This document shows, piece by piece, positions 23,863 through 34,339 of a stretch of 64,000 nucleotides of DNA (position 1 is its first letter; each line of letters starts with the position of its first letter). The notes below the pieces were generated by a model. It did no database searches. It saw nothing but the letters and a program-made list of their open reading frames with translations, and was not told where the DNA came from. The stretch is taken from NCBI GenBank assembly GCA_000165345.1, contig CM000429.1, positions 64,001 through 128,000 of the forward strand, read 5' to 3'. The position numbers and the translations under genes were made by a program.

Positions 23863-24699
23863 TAATGTTTTATAAGCCTATTAATATTATTAAATCTCTA
23901 AGTTTTATGTTTCAATCAATGACTACTTCAAAAACTATATATAAAGCTAATCATAATTGTTAACTCAATTTATGTATACTCTCCACGATATTTTCTTCTA
24001 AATTACTAATACTTAAGTTTTTATATAATTTATATTTTCCGCATTAATAATGTAATTATTTACCGGGATTATATACAATATTTAAAAAAAATAATCTAAA
24101 TATTAGGAACAAAAAACAAGAATTCAAATAAATTCGAAATAATTTAGCGTTTTATTCGGTTCCAATTTGGAATTCATTCAATATTCAATTATATTACTCG
24201 TATATCTAAGTGGAAATATGAAAAATAAATTTGGACCTTTAATTCATTAGTAGCAATAATGCTTTTAGCCACTTGAAAAATTCAAATTGTTACACGTTGA
24301 AATTATATCGAGAAAAAGGTATAGTCATACTCTGATCTAGAAAAAAATATATTCCTAATAACTCTTCATTTTCTATCAGGTATTATGAATCATTAATTGA
24401 TTAATTCTAATTCTATTTTTATTTATTTATTTTTGTGGTGTGATGTAGAAAGTTTGCATTTTACCGCCTAAATGTGTGTTGTGTGTGGTAAATGGAATCA
24501 ATGAAATTTACACATAATCAAGGATTTTTATTACTACAATAATTAACTTAGCAAAAATCACTTAGTAAGTTCTTCTAAAAAGTTTTGGTTCACCCCTACC
24601 TTTCTAGTTTTGAGCTAATTTGCATATTTAAGTGAAAAATATTAAGAATCAAATAACCTAAATCAAAGTCAAAAAGTGTTCAAATTCTCGATTATAACA

Positions 24700-25512
24700 A
24701 TGTACACAACTAAAAATAACATGAATTCAGGATATGCTGACCCTAGAAGCTTGGTATTGACTTTACAAGAATTATCCACAGATTATCACAAGGAAATTGC
24801 TGAAATGAACAATATTCTGTTTCAAGCAAAAGAAAGGTATCAATTAACTCTTAATGAAAATAATGAAAAGATTCAAAGAGCTCAAGACAAGATGTCTGAT
24901 GAAAATGTCCAAATCCAAAAGGAGTTTGAAGAACTTAGAAAAATGTATGAGAAGAATCTCCCTAGTTTAAATGAAGAAAAAATTATGATCCAATCCCAAT
25001 ATTACAAGGAAAAATCCAAATTTGATTGCGACTTTCAAACTAAAGTCAATGAAGCCACAAACAAACTTTCCGAAATTAATGTCAAACTAATGACAACATC
25101 AAAGGAAGCCGTACAGGAAATTGAAGATTTAAAAGCTCAGCTAGAGCGGGAAATTGCCGAGCTGAACTCTGAATATAGATCCAATCTTAGTAACATTGAT
25201 GTTAGTTACAAGAAAGAACTAAATGCAGTTAATCAACATATTCAAGATCTAACCAACTATGTTAATGAGACTACAATTAAGCTTAATCAAAGGAGAGAAC
25301 AATCATCCAAAGATTATCATCTTTCCGTTGAAAGGCTTACTCAGGATAACAATGCTGCAGGTGAGGAGTATAATGCTACATGCATCTCTATTTCTCAAAA
25401 TATTCGTATGAGAACTCAAAATTATGAGAATTCTGCTTCAGGTATTAGAAATGCAATTGAAGGCGCCATTAATAATCAAAAGCGCCAAGTTGTTCATTCT
25501 CCATTTGCATGA
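24700..25512 (+). CDS. Coiled-coil hypothetical protein. First in-frame ATG is at 24700; the track start at 24676 is GTG.
   Basis: 270-aa ORF with heptad-rich, Glu/Lys/Gln-rich composition and correct coding periodicity. I recognise no homolog. Confidence 0.5.
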   Translation: MYTTKNNMNSGYADPRSLVLTLQELSTDYHKEIAEMNNILFQAKERYQLTLNENNEKIQRAQDKMSDENVQIQKEFEELRKMYEKNLPSLNEEKIMIQSQYYKEKSKFDCDFQTKVNEATNKLSEINVKLMTTSKEAVQEIEDLKAQLEREIAELNSEYRSNLSNIDVSYKKELNAVNQHIQDLTNYVNETTIKLNQRREQSSKDYHLSVERLTQDNNAAGEEYNATCISISQNIRMRTQNYENSASGIRNAIEGAINNQKRQVVHSPFA

Positions 25513-25769
25513 ATTTTTAAAGTATTTTTAAGTAATTAGATTCGTAGAATTTTTAATAGTTTTTAAGCATAAATTTTTTATTATTTAATCCCAATAATTT
25601 CATAAGAACTCCCAATTTTCTTGGAGGACTGGGAGAAGCTGAAAAAAATAACAAACGTTTTATTTCTTTAATAATGTTCACTCCAGTAATTTAATGGTAG
25701 ATTATATGAATGATTATAAATTAATATTTTGAATAAATATGCTTTTTGTGTATATTTAGAATTTCAACT

Positions 25770-27956
25770 ATGTTCTGGTACAATACAAGATTTTATGGAG
25801 TTTTTCTACTGACAATTTTCAATATTTTACTATTATTAAAAGCTAGTGAAAATGGAAAAGTCTGTGAACCTAGAGAAGAAAAGTCCAAAGTTGAGTTAAG
25901 TCGCCAAAATAGTTTTAGCAACCAGGGAAATCAAAAAAATAACCAACTAAATGAAGAATTTAATGTAATTTCAAAAGACAATGATGCATACTTATTACTT
26001 TTTAAAATGATGGACCACGATAAACAGAAAATGCTTTTACTATTCTCTAAAGACAATAATTCAGGAGATTTATTATCAAATAAAAATGAAGATAGTGAAT
26101 CTGGAATAATTATTAAAAAGTACTCTCCAAAAACTTGGTCAAAACTAGATATAAATAAGCTTAAAGAACTTTCAGTATTAGGTAAAAATAAGCAAAACAA
26201 TCAAGGAATTTGGAGGAAAAGACTAGGAAATATTCAAAATAAGAGACTAAGGGAACTTGAATATAAAACACTTAATATTGATAATAATATCTTGAGAATT
26301 GATTATACTAATAGATTATTATTGGAAGGGGCACCCTTTCTTAATTTACTTCCTAATACAGAAAATGATTATGCAATATCCAACGAATTAACTTTATACA
26401 AGGAAAAAAGTCTAATAAAGATGAGTGATGGAGTTCTAGGCCTAAATTTTGACAATGATCTAAATAAACTTCACTCATCCTATCCTAATGACAAAATTAA
26501 AGGTTTAATTAGGTATTTCAAATTCAATAAAGGATCTTATGGAGAAGTTTGGAGAGGATTAGCATTTACTGAATATTTATCAGAACCATTTGGAAATTGT
26601 GGAACCGAAAAACCTGTGAAAAATGATCATTTATATTGGAGAAGAGGAGAATTGCTTAATCATGAATTGAATTCTTTGATTTTAGATGCTCTAGATATGC
26701 TTAAAAAAGACTTTAATAAGGCCAAAATGGCTCCTAGTGTACCAAGAAACTCTTCTAATCAAGAAAAAGATGGGGATGTACTGGATATTGTTATGAAGAA
26801 GATGAGTCACAATCTAGAAGAATCTACGATCATTTATAGTGTTGTAAGAGAAGTGTTTTTTGGGATAATTTTGTATTGCCTTCCAAATGTTTCCAGGTTT
26901 TTACATATTTTTGAGGAAAATATTGAAGATCACGAAACTTTCAAGGATTCAAATGCTAAATCCAATATATGGCTTGTTTATAGATATGAAGGTGTTAGCC
27001 TTGGGAATTTACTTTTTGATATTGATGATAATGGTTCACTTATTCCATCTGAATTTTGGTGGAAAAAAATTAAAGGAAAATCTAAAGAAAAAAATATCTT
27101 TAAGGAAATTCTTTATCAGATTTTTCAAGGTCTAAATAGTGCTCACAGTCTCGGAATAATACATAGAGATATTAAGCCTTCAAATATATTCATTTCTCAA
27201 GTTAAAGATGAGTTTGGACAAGAGTCAATTTACGTTCGAGTTGGAGATTGGGGAAGCGCAATGGTAAGTGGGGACGAGGATATGAGACAAGGGATCTTCT
27301 CTGAAAACAGCTATAAGGACATACAAGAGGCATTATATGGTAAGATTGGTCCAACATCAGGAGATGAAACAGAAGGTTTTCAGCCTCCAGAAGTACAATT
27401 TAAATCTTTTGGATCTGAGAATGAGGAGAACCCCAGAAAATTAAGTTACGACGTTTGGAGTGTAGGGATTGTAATGCTACAAATGATTTGGGGAAATTTG
27501 CAAGTTTTTTCAGTATTAGATGAAGATTCTGAATTCCAACATATTCTTAAAAGAGTAATTTTCCATGTTAAACAACTCATTAATGAAGATAGCAATACCA
27601 ATATAAATCAAGATGAACTGGTTGCTGACTCAGTATATAGACTTAGTTTAATGAGGCTATGCTTATTAGATATTAGTGAAGGGAAATTGGGATATTCAAA
27701 TAAATTGGATAGATTCATTTCAATAATCATTGAAAAAGCTATCCAAAAGTCTATGAAAAATTCACAACAGGATGTCATAGGGATTACAAGAAAATGTAGT
27801 GATGAATACTTTAGCAACTTGATACGTAAATATGACCCATCAGAAGTTGGATTAGATTCTCCAGAAGCTTTAGATTTAATTAAAAAACTACTAAAGCCTA
27901 AATATAAAGAAAGAATAAGTATTAAAGAAGTAGTAACACATCCTTACTTTTCCTAG
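25770..27956 (+). CDS. Protein kinase with an N-terminal signal peptide. The kinase domain is C-terminal and has DWG in place of DFG. ATG at 25770 (track start at 25746 is TTG).
   Basis: Signal peptide MFWYNTRFYGVFLLTIFNILLLLKASEN. Gly-loop GSYGEVWRG, catalytic loop GIIHRDIKPSNIF, activation segment VGDWGSAM, GFQPPE, SYDVWSVGIVMLQMIWG. About 500 aa precede the kinase domain. Confidence 0.8.
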   Translation: MFWYNTRFYGVFLLTIFNILLLLKASENGKVCEPREEKSKVELSRQNSFSNQGNQKNNQLNEEFNVISKDNDAYLLLFKMMDHDKQKMLLLFSKDNNSGDLLSNKNEDSESGIIIKKYSPKTWSKLDINKLKELSVLGKNKQNNQGIWRKRLGNIQNKRLRELEYKTLNIDNNILRIDYTNRLLLEGAPFLNLLPNTENDYAISNELTLYKEKSLIKMSDGVLGLNFDNDLNKLHSSYPNDKIKGLIRYFKFNKGSYGEVWRGLAFTEYLSEPFGNCGTEKPVKNDHLYWRRGELLNHELNSLILDALDMLKKDFNKAKMAPSVPRNSSNQEKDGDVLDIVMKKMSHNLEESTIIYSVVREVFFGIILYCLPNVSRFLHIFEENIEDHETFKDSNAKSNIWLVYRYEGVSLGNLLFDIDDNGSLIPSEFWWKKIKGKSKEKNIFKEILYQIFQGLNSAHSLGIIHRDIKPSNIFISQVKDEFGQESIYVRVGDWGSAMVSGDEDMRQGIFSENSYKDIQEALYGKIGPTSGDETEGFQPPEVQFKSFGSENEENPRKLSYDVWSVGIVMLQMIWGNLQVFSVLDEDSEFQHILKRVIFHVKQLINEDSNTNINQDELVADSVYRLSLMRLCLLDISEGKLGYSNKLDRFISIIIEKAIQKSMKNSQQDVIGITRKCSDEYFSNLIRKYDPSEVGLDSPEALDLIKKLLKPKYKERISIKEVVTHPYFS

Positions 27957-27980
27957 GCATTCTGGTTGCTACTAAGTTGT

Positions 27981-28560
27981 TTATTCAACGCTTTGTCTAA
28001 CAATAGCTCTAACTTTCTTTTTATATTCATTAATGTTGTTTTTAAATTCTAATGCAGCATCAATATTTGCAGGTGAATCCAAATTTGGCTCTCCTAACAT
28101 AGAAATAACAGAAACAAGAATGCTTTCAACTCCAAATATTGGACGCCATCTCTCATCAGGGCTTTCTTGCTCATTATATCTATCATGGCCAGGAGGATGA
28201 AGTATAGATATGCATACATTTCCATCAGGATATACATTAGGATGCCACATTTCTTGTTCAAAACACATTTTTGGAGGGCTATTTGGGAAATCTTCTGGAA
28301 ATGTCAATAATGCATTGAATATACCACCTTCATATAAAGTATCTGGTGGTCCTTCAAAGCATACACGCCATCTTAGAAAGTTTGAATCATCATCTAAACC
28401 CACAGAAAAGCCAGAAGTATCATCTCTAATAAGCTCTGAATATACAAAGAATTATGGTAATTTAATAATTTTTATTAATTACTAATATTTTGAATTAGAA
28501 CGTCATGAATAACTTACCCATAAATTGCTTCTTCAGTAATTCTTGTGCAACATTCCTCAT
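27981..28560 (-). CDS. UBC7: Ubiquitin-conjugating enzyme E2 of the UBE2G/Ubc7 type, 2 exons: 28518..28560 and 27981..28435; intron 28436..28517.
   Basis: Exon 1 MRNVAQELLKKQFM+G (donor ATGG|gtaagt), joined to ELIRDDTSGFSVGLDDDSNFLRWRVCFEGPPDTLYEGGIFNALLTFPEDFPNSPPKMCFEQEMWHPNVYPDGNVCISILHPPGHDRYNEQESPDERWRPI... It has the UBC active site HPNVYPDGNVCISIL and the acidic loop insertion typical of Ubc7/UBE2G. The stop is 24 bp from the kinase stop. Confidence 0.8.
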
Positions 28561-29063
28561 TTTCCCTTCTAAGCCTAAACCCAAACAAACACAATTCCTC
28601 AAGCAAACAGCAGAGCTAACCGATCTTTTTAAATTTTAAATAGGAAGTAATTATCTATTATCACAAACTAGCCTTAATCTTATTAGTTCGCATTCTAATT
28701 AATCCAAAGAGCTCGGAAAGTTCCCGCTAAATAATTAATTATATGAAAAATATGTGAAACATAAGTAATATAACTAATGCGAGCAAAAGATTAAGATCAA
28801 GTAAATAATTGAGTTGAATAAGTTAGAGATATGATTGTTTCCAGAATTTAATATCTTCAATAAGGGTCTAAAATTCATTTTAAGTTTGATTTCATAAAAT
28901 CATAATGTGTGTACGCATGCAAAGTAAAGAAAAAACTAATGAAATCGTAGAAGCTAGTTTTTATAAAATTATAGCTATTATTTTTGTTCGTTAAAATATA
29001 AGGTTCATAAATTACAGAATTCAAACACCGATAATTAAATATTTATTTAGATAACAATTCCAA

Positions 29064-29096
29064 TTGGCGCCAACATTCTTTTGGCGGGAGGCATGC
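29064..29096. promoter_or_regulatory. TTGGCGCCAAC...TTTTGGCGGGAGGCATGC composite element in the divergent UBE2G/PSMB2 promoter.
   Basis: ttggcgccaacattcttttggcgggaggcatgc. TTTTGGCGGGA is a textbook E2F-site form; GGGGAGAGAGGGGG and GAGGGGAGAGG GA-rich tracts follow at 29140-29330. Confidence 0.45.
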
Positions 29097-29431
29097 TAAA
29101 TTAATTGTGGGAGCCAAAATTGGATAGTATTAGTATTATAAAGGGGGGAGAGAGGGGGTGAGTTGATATTGTAAAAAGTTTAGTGCGTGGATTTAAATGT
29201 TTAATAGAAATAATAATATTTGATTGATTTTCATGAAATATACGTAAAATAATTTTTAAAGTAAAAATTATTGGGGGAAAATTAGGAAATAAAGAAATTT
29301 TATTCAGGCTTGTGAAGTTAAAGAGGGGAGAGGCTGTAAAAAAAATAAATTGAATTAAGACCTAAAATAATTTATTAAAAACAAATAGGTTCAATAATAA
29401 TTTTGGGTCTAAGTATAATTGGAAAATAGAA

Positions 29432-30158
29432 ATGGATTCTTTAATTGGAATAAAAGGCCCAGATTTTGTAGCGTTAGCTTCAGACACTGTAGCATTTAGT
29501 AATGTATTTAGATTAAGTTTGAAAGATGATAAGATTATGGAGATTGACGAAAATAAATTGATCGGTAAGTTGTTTAGTTTATTTGTATCTTTAAATAATA
29601 TTTAACATTTTCAAGGTGTTGGAGGAACTTTGGGAGATAGAATGCAATTTGGAGAATATATTAAATGTAATTTGAATTTATACAGACTCAGAAATGGAGT
29701 ACAACTCAGTACTACAGCTACAGCTAACTTCACGAGAAATGAACTTGCAGAATTACTTAGATCAGATCCACACAATGTAAATATTTTGATTGGTGGATAT
29801 ACTAAAGAGGAAGGTGCAAAGCTTTACTGGATGGACGAACTGGCATCTTTAGGAAATGTTAACAATGCTGCTCACGGTTACGGTAAGTTTTAAGATTTCT
29901 CACTTTCTTCCATTTTTTTTCTAATTATTATTCTTTACAAATTTAGGTGGACTCTTGGTGACTGGTATATTGGATAAATACTATAAACCAAATATCACTC
30001 AAGAAGAAGCACTTGATATTTTAGTTAAATGCTCAGAAGAACTTAAGACTAGATTTTTACTATCTCAATATAGTTTGTTTGTCAAGATTGTGGATAGTCA
30101 AGGTGTTAAATTCATTAAGATTGAAAATGGTACTGCAACACCTGTTATGAAGGAGTAA
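29432..30158 (+). CDS. PSMB2: Proteasome subunit beta type-2 (PSMB2/Pre1 ortholog), 3 exons: 29432..29564, 29616..29882, 29947..30158.
   Basis: MDSLIGIKGPDFVALASDTVAFSN...NKLIG|VGGTLGDRMQFGEYIKCNLNLYRLRNGVQLSTTATANFTRNELAELLRS..HNVNILIGGY..AKLYWMDELASL...AAHGYG|GLLVTGILDKYYKPNITQEEALDILVKCSEELKTRFLL aligns with human PSMB2 ([24 protein letters not shown]...[44 protein letters not shown]...[43 protein letters not shown]). Phase-1 introns of 51 and 64 nt. Confidence 0.85.
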
Positions 30159-30198
30159 CTTTAATTTTTCTTGGAATTAAAATTCCATCAAAACCACA

Positions 30199-30232
30199 CA
30201 TGCATGCATACATGCATGCAATAACATAATAA
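30199..30232. promoter_or_regulatory. Tandem TGCATGCA octamers (CATGCATGCATACATGCATGCAAT) in the 143-bp 3'-3' gap between PSMB2 and the p24 gene.
   Basis: Two copies of TGCATGCA sit 4 bp apart, downstream of two convergent stops. This is an unusual position for a motif otherwise seen 5' of genes in this window. Confidence 0.35.
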
Positions 30233-30301
30233 TCCACACACAGTCTAAGGGATTGATTATTATATTCTACATTATTTATTCTAGATAGAAAATGTTTACT
30301 A

Positions 30302-31046
30302 CTATATTAGTTTCCTGGACCTAAAGAATTTCTTTATATATAAAGTCTGTATGACACTGATTACAATTATTGAAGCAATATTGAAAATGGAGAAAGCTGC
30401 GATTCTATTTGATGCATTGCTTGTAGCATGTTGAATACTATTTGCAAGGCTTTTCATTTGCTTTATATTTGCTTGATATTCCTTTAGAGCGACATTTATA
30501 TTAGTCATAGCTATGTCTATTGGCTCAAAATCTGCTTTATTTGCGATTGAACCTGAATCGTATGCTCCTGGACCCCATTTTAGAGCTATTGATACCCAAT
30601 TATCTTCTTGTGAAGTATTAATAAAACAAAACCGATGTATTCCAGTTTTTATTGTAGTAAATGCAGCTTTTGGATTTTTTTCCTCTATTGGAATTTAATT
30701 TAAAAAAAAAAAAATCAAGTCAATTTAAACATTTCTTTTATTAGACCTTGAATATACACTTACTTGACTCAAAAAGAACGTGAGTATCATCAATAATCTG
30801 AATATTTGCTTGTTTTTCTGCTATAACACTCAAAGTAATTAGTGTACTTTTTAACATTGATTCAGCTATTTATATTAAAAAAGGAAAATTCAGTTTTGTT
30901 AACATGAAATTTTTTTTTAAGTGAAAAAACTTACATAAACACTTAATTTCTTGAGGATTTAACTTTAACTTAAAATCCATACATTTTGTGTATTTTAAGT
31001 AGGATATTAAAAGTAAAACTAGAACGTATAATGAACTTTTGTTCAT
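30302..31046 (-). CDS. p24/emp24 (TMED) family cargo receptor, 3 exons: 30935..31046, 30764..30865, 30302..30684.
   Basis: Signal peptide MNKSSLYVLVLLLISYLKYTKC. GOLD-domain-like FKLKLNPQEIKCL|SESMLKSTL...THVLFES|KEKNPKAAFTTIKTGIHRFCFINTSQ.., then a coiled-coil region, a TM helix IFNIASIIVISVIQTLYI and the cytosolic tail KKFFRSRKLI, matching the p24 C-terminus (YLRRFFKAKKLIE). Introns are 69 and 79 nt with gtaagt donors. The track shows only the last exon. Reading frame verified (597 nt). Confidence 0.6.
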
Positions 31047-31432
31047 TCTTAATAACTTTATTCTCATTAATTGAAATAATTTGCCTGCAATGTTGTACAC
31101 TTGAGCAAAAAAAAGTGAATATCTAGAAGTTCTAATCAAACCTTTATAAAAAAATAACAATTTTGGAAAATTATCAAGTTCCAATTTTTCAGCCTATACT
31201 TAATATACTTTTTTAACTCTTAATTTTTTATTTACACGTAACTTTGACATTTAGTTAGGCGGGCTGCATGACTGTGGGGGGATGCAATAATTATTATTTA
31301 ATTACTAAAGTCTGGAAAATAAATAATTCACAAAATAAAGAAAATAAATAAATAAATAAAAAAAATTATATATATATATAAATATTAACTAAGAGTTAGG
31401 TGTTCATAATAAAGTTAATATAAGGTTGAGAT

Positions 31433-32227
31433 ATGGAGTTTATAATTCAGGCAAAGAATGAGGCAAAACAAATCCTCTCTAAGCCACACCAAACAATTTA
31501 TCAGTGCTTAACTTTAGGTAAGTTTTGTTTTTTTTTCCAAAAAAAAGTTTTTTTCTAACTAAAACTGTAACTAATAATATCTATTAAAATAAATAAAAAT
31601 TAATCATTTCAAATAAAAGCCTGTATCGTTCTATCAGCTCTCATGCTTTGGAGAGGCCTTATGGTTGCAACTAATAGTCAAAGTCCAGTAGTTGTAGTTT
31701 TAAGTGGATCAATGGAACCAGGATTCTATAGAGGCGATATTTTGTTTTTATATAATAGAAAGTCAATTACAATAGGTAAGAGTGAAATCTTTATTATTAT
31801 TTTTTTTTCTGGAACTGAAATATTTACTCGGAAATTTTAGGTGATATCGTTGTTTTTTCACTTGAAGGAAGAGATATTCCTATTGTACATAGAGTATTGT
31901 CTTATCATGAAGGGTAAGTTAAGAAATCAATAAAAGCTTACTGAATATATAATTTAATAAAAACTAACTATTAAATTACTATTATTTGCCATTAGACCAA
32001 ACGACGGTGAAATTAGTATTTTGACAAAGGGTGATAATAACGATGTTGATGATAGAGGATTATATAATGAAAATCAATTCTGGCTTAATAATAAACATAT
32101 TATGGGAACAGCTGTTGGGATTATTCCAAAAGTTGGGATGATCACAATTTGGCTTAATGATTATCCTTGGCTTAAGTATGCTCTTGTAGGGATGATGGGA
32201 ATCACAGTCTTACTTGGAAAAGAATAA
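31433..32227 (+). CDS. SEC11: Signal peptidase complex catalytic subunit SEC11, 4 exons: 31433..31517, 31620..31775, 31841..31913, 31996..32227.
   Basis: Joined product [28 protein letters not shown]|[53 protein letters not shown]|[23 protein letters not shown]|[77 protein letters not shown] matches SEC11A nearly end to end ([20 protein letters not shown]...GEIVVF...[12 protein letters not shown]...TKGDNN.VDDRGLY). All donors are GTAAG or GTAAGT. 546 nt total. Confidence 0.85.
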
Positions 32228-32244
32228 GATAATAGATTTTAATT

Positions 32245-34011
32245 TTACTTGCAATAACATGATGAAAGCATATTTGATATATTTGGGCTAATAACAAGAT
32301 AACAATTCTCAAGATTTTCCAAAGATTGAAGTCTTCTTCCTCTAGGAAGATTTGGAATTGGTATAGGAGTTTGATCATAAGTGATAATTTGCATATCATA
32401 AGTTCTTGCAACTCTTTGATCTAATGAAAAGTTTGAGTTAAGAGTTTCACTAGATTCAGATTTTAATAATGTAATTGGAATATTGAATTCTTGAACTTGT
32501 TTAACTTCATCTTGATTTGTAGTAAAAATTCCATCTTCCAAGAGAATTATATTATTCTTAGCATTATCATTATAATCATCAGCTTTATTATTATTGTTAG
32601 GATAGTTTATCTTAGGTTCTGATAATTTCTTACTAAATTGAACATCAGAATAAGTTTTTGAGGGTCTTCTTCCAAGTAAATTTGAGAACCTTTTTGATAT
32701 TCTGGATGATCTCTTCTTTTCTGGTTTTTTAAGATCCATTTCAAATGAAACTTGTTTCTTAGAATTTTTCAAATTTTTTATTGTTTTGTTCAAAGAGTTA
32801 AGATCTTGGTCATAAAGAGAAGGAGAGTTTGAGACAATAGTAGAATTTGAATGTCTTGAAAAGGAAGATTCGGATGATTTAGAGCTTTGAATTTCTAAAT
32901 TATTAAGTAATTTATTAATAGATTTAACTTCATTTCTTTCACTACGTCCTTTACTACCTCTTTTGTTCATAAGATTAATTACACTTTGTGCTAAAATTCT
33001 TAGAGATGATGTTCTATGCCTATTCTTAGTGTTTTTAATAACTTCTTTACCTTTTAATTCATCGTTCAAAAATTGGTCAATATGAATAATTGGTTCATTT
33101 GGAGCAGAAAATATTCTCTTTCTATTTTCTGGAGAATTCTTATTAGAAATTTTCGACTGAATTGTAGAAATTGGTTTATTTTTATCAGGGTCATAATAGT
33201 AATGATTATTGTCATGATCATGATCATTACTAACAGAATTTGTATCTGAAATGATTAAATCAGTAATGTTATTTTCTAAATCATTTTCTAAAACATCTTC
33301 TAAAACATCTTCTGTGCTCTTTTTCTTGCTTAAAAATCTCTCAATATAATCATTTGATGTAATATAATCATTAAAAGAAAGATCCTCAAAGTGATTACTT
33401 GAAGATTTTAAAGGTTCATCATTTTTCTTTAAAGAACTTGTGGATTTAACAAAGTTATTTGATGAATTAGTACCAACTCTTTTGATTTCCCTTGGTTTAA
33501 TATTAACTGGGTTAACAATAACACTATTGCCAGTTTGTCCATTAACGGGTTTAGATTTAAGTTTTTGAATAATTTGATTATTTGACTCATCTAAATAATC
33601 ATTAGAATTCTTAGAATTGGTATTTTGATTTTTAAGAATTAGGTCAGATTCATTATTAGAGTCTAGACTTTGATATATATAATAATCAGGATTCTTTTCA
33701 TTATCATATTCCAGATCCAAATCTTGATAGTTGTTTTTGAAAGATAAATTTTCTCTTAATAAGTCACTTTTTGTTGGAAGTTTTTCAAATTTATTTTCTA
33801 AAGAATATTGGGATTGAGAATCTGAAATAGTATTTAAATCCTCAACATCCAAAGATAAGCTCAAAGCTCTGGATAATTGTCTTCCTTCCCTAATAAATCC
33901 TGGAATTACCAACGATTTCTGAATTAGAATAGGCGGTGGATACACACTAACGTCAGCAATTGAAGAAGATTTATTAGGGTTTCCCTTTCTTTTACCAAAA
34001 CAAGAAGCCAT
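32245..34011 (-). CDS. Hypothetical Ser/Asn/Lys-rich low-complexity protein (588 aa).
   Basis: Long single ORF with coding periodicity and an MASCFGKRKG N-terminus. I recognise no domain. Convergent with SEC11 (stops 17 bp apart). Confidence 0.5.
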   Translation of the reverse strand: MASCFGKRKGNPNKSSSIADVSVYPPPILIQKSLVIPGFIREGRQLSRALSLSLDVEDLNTISDSQSQYSLENKFEKLPTKSDLLRENLSFKNNYQDLDLEYDNEKNPDYYIYQSLDSNNESDLILKNQNTNSKNSNDYLDESNNQIIQKLKSKPVNGQTGNSVIVNPVNIKPREIKRVGTNSSNNFVKSTSSLKKNDEPLKSSSNHFEDLSFNDYITSNDYIERFLSKKKSTEDVLEDVLENDLENNITDLIISDTNSVSNDHDHDNNHYYYDPDKNKPISTIQSKISNKNSPENRKRIFSAPNEPIIHIDQFLNDELKGKEVIKNTKNRHRTSSLRILAQSVINLMNKRGSKGRSERNEVKSINKLLNNLEIQSSKSSESSFSRHSNSTIVSNSPSLYDQDLNSLNKTIKNLKNSKKQVSFEMDLKKPEKKRSSRISKRFSNLLGRRPSKTYSDVQFSKKLSEPKINYPNNNNKADDYNDNAKNNIILLEDGIFTTNQDEVKQVQEFNIPITLLKSESSETLNSNFSLDQRVARTYDMQIITYDQTPIPIPNLPRGRRLQSLENLENCYLVISPNISNMLSSCYCK

Positions 34012-34339
34012 TACTTTTCTCTTTCAATTACTAATCTTTAGCTGTAGTTTAGACAACTCAAAAAAAAAAAAGAAAAAAAGTGTAATATATTAAATATAAA
34101 AAAAGAAATTCATTACTCACACATATATTACAATCTCTACACTTTTTTTCTTATTATTATTGTTATCTTAATATTTTTACATTTTCAATATTTTACAAGT
34201 ACCGGTACTGCAGTGCATACGTCTATGTCTTCCATGCATAAATTTTAGTCGATGAAAAAAGGTGATTATATATATTAGAATGTCAAGAATGAATAAAAAA
34301 TAAATATATAAAAATAATTCAAAAGATTATAGTAAAATT

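Noticed and set aside
29630-29893. Track ORFs whose first 'M' is not ATG: 29630 and 52734 are TTG; 7941, 24676 and 28403 are GTG; 25746 is TTG; 63983 is TTG.
   Set aside because: The six-frame track evidently allows alternative start codons. For eukaryotic genes I moved the starts to the first in-frame ATG, or treated the ORF as an internal exon.
30513-30698. 61-aa plus-strand ORF MSIGSKSALFAIEPESYAPGPHF...
   Set aside because: Antisense to the last exon of the p24/TMED gene (30302..30684), whose reading frame and family signature (KKFFRSRKLI tail) are far better supported.
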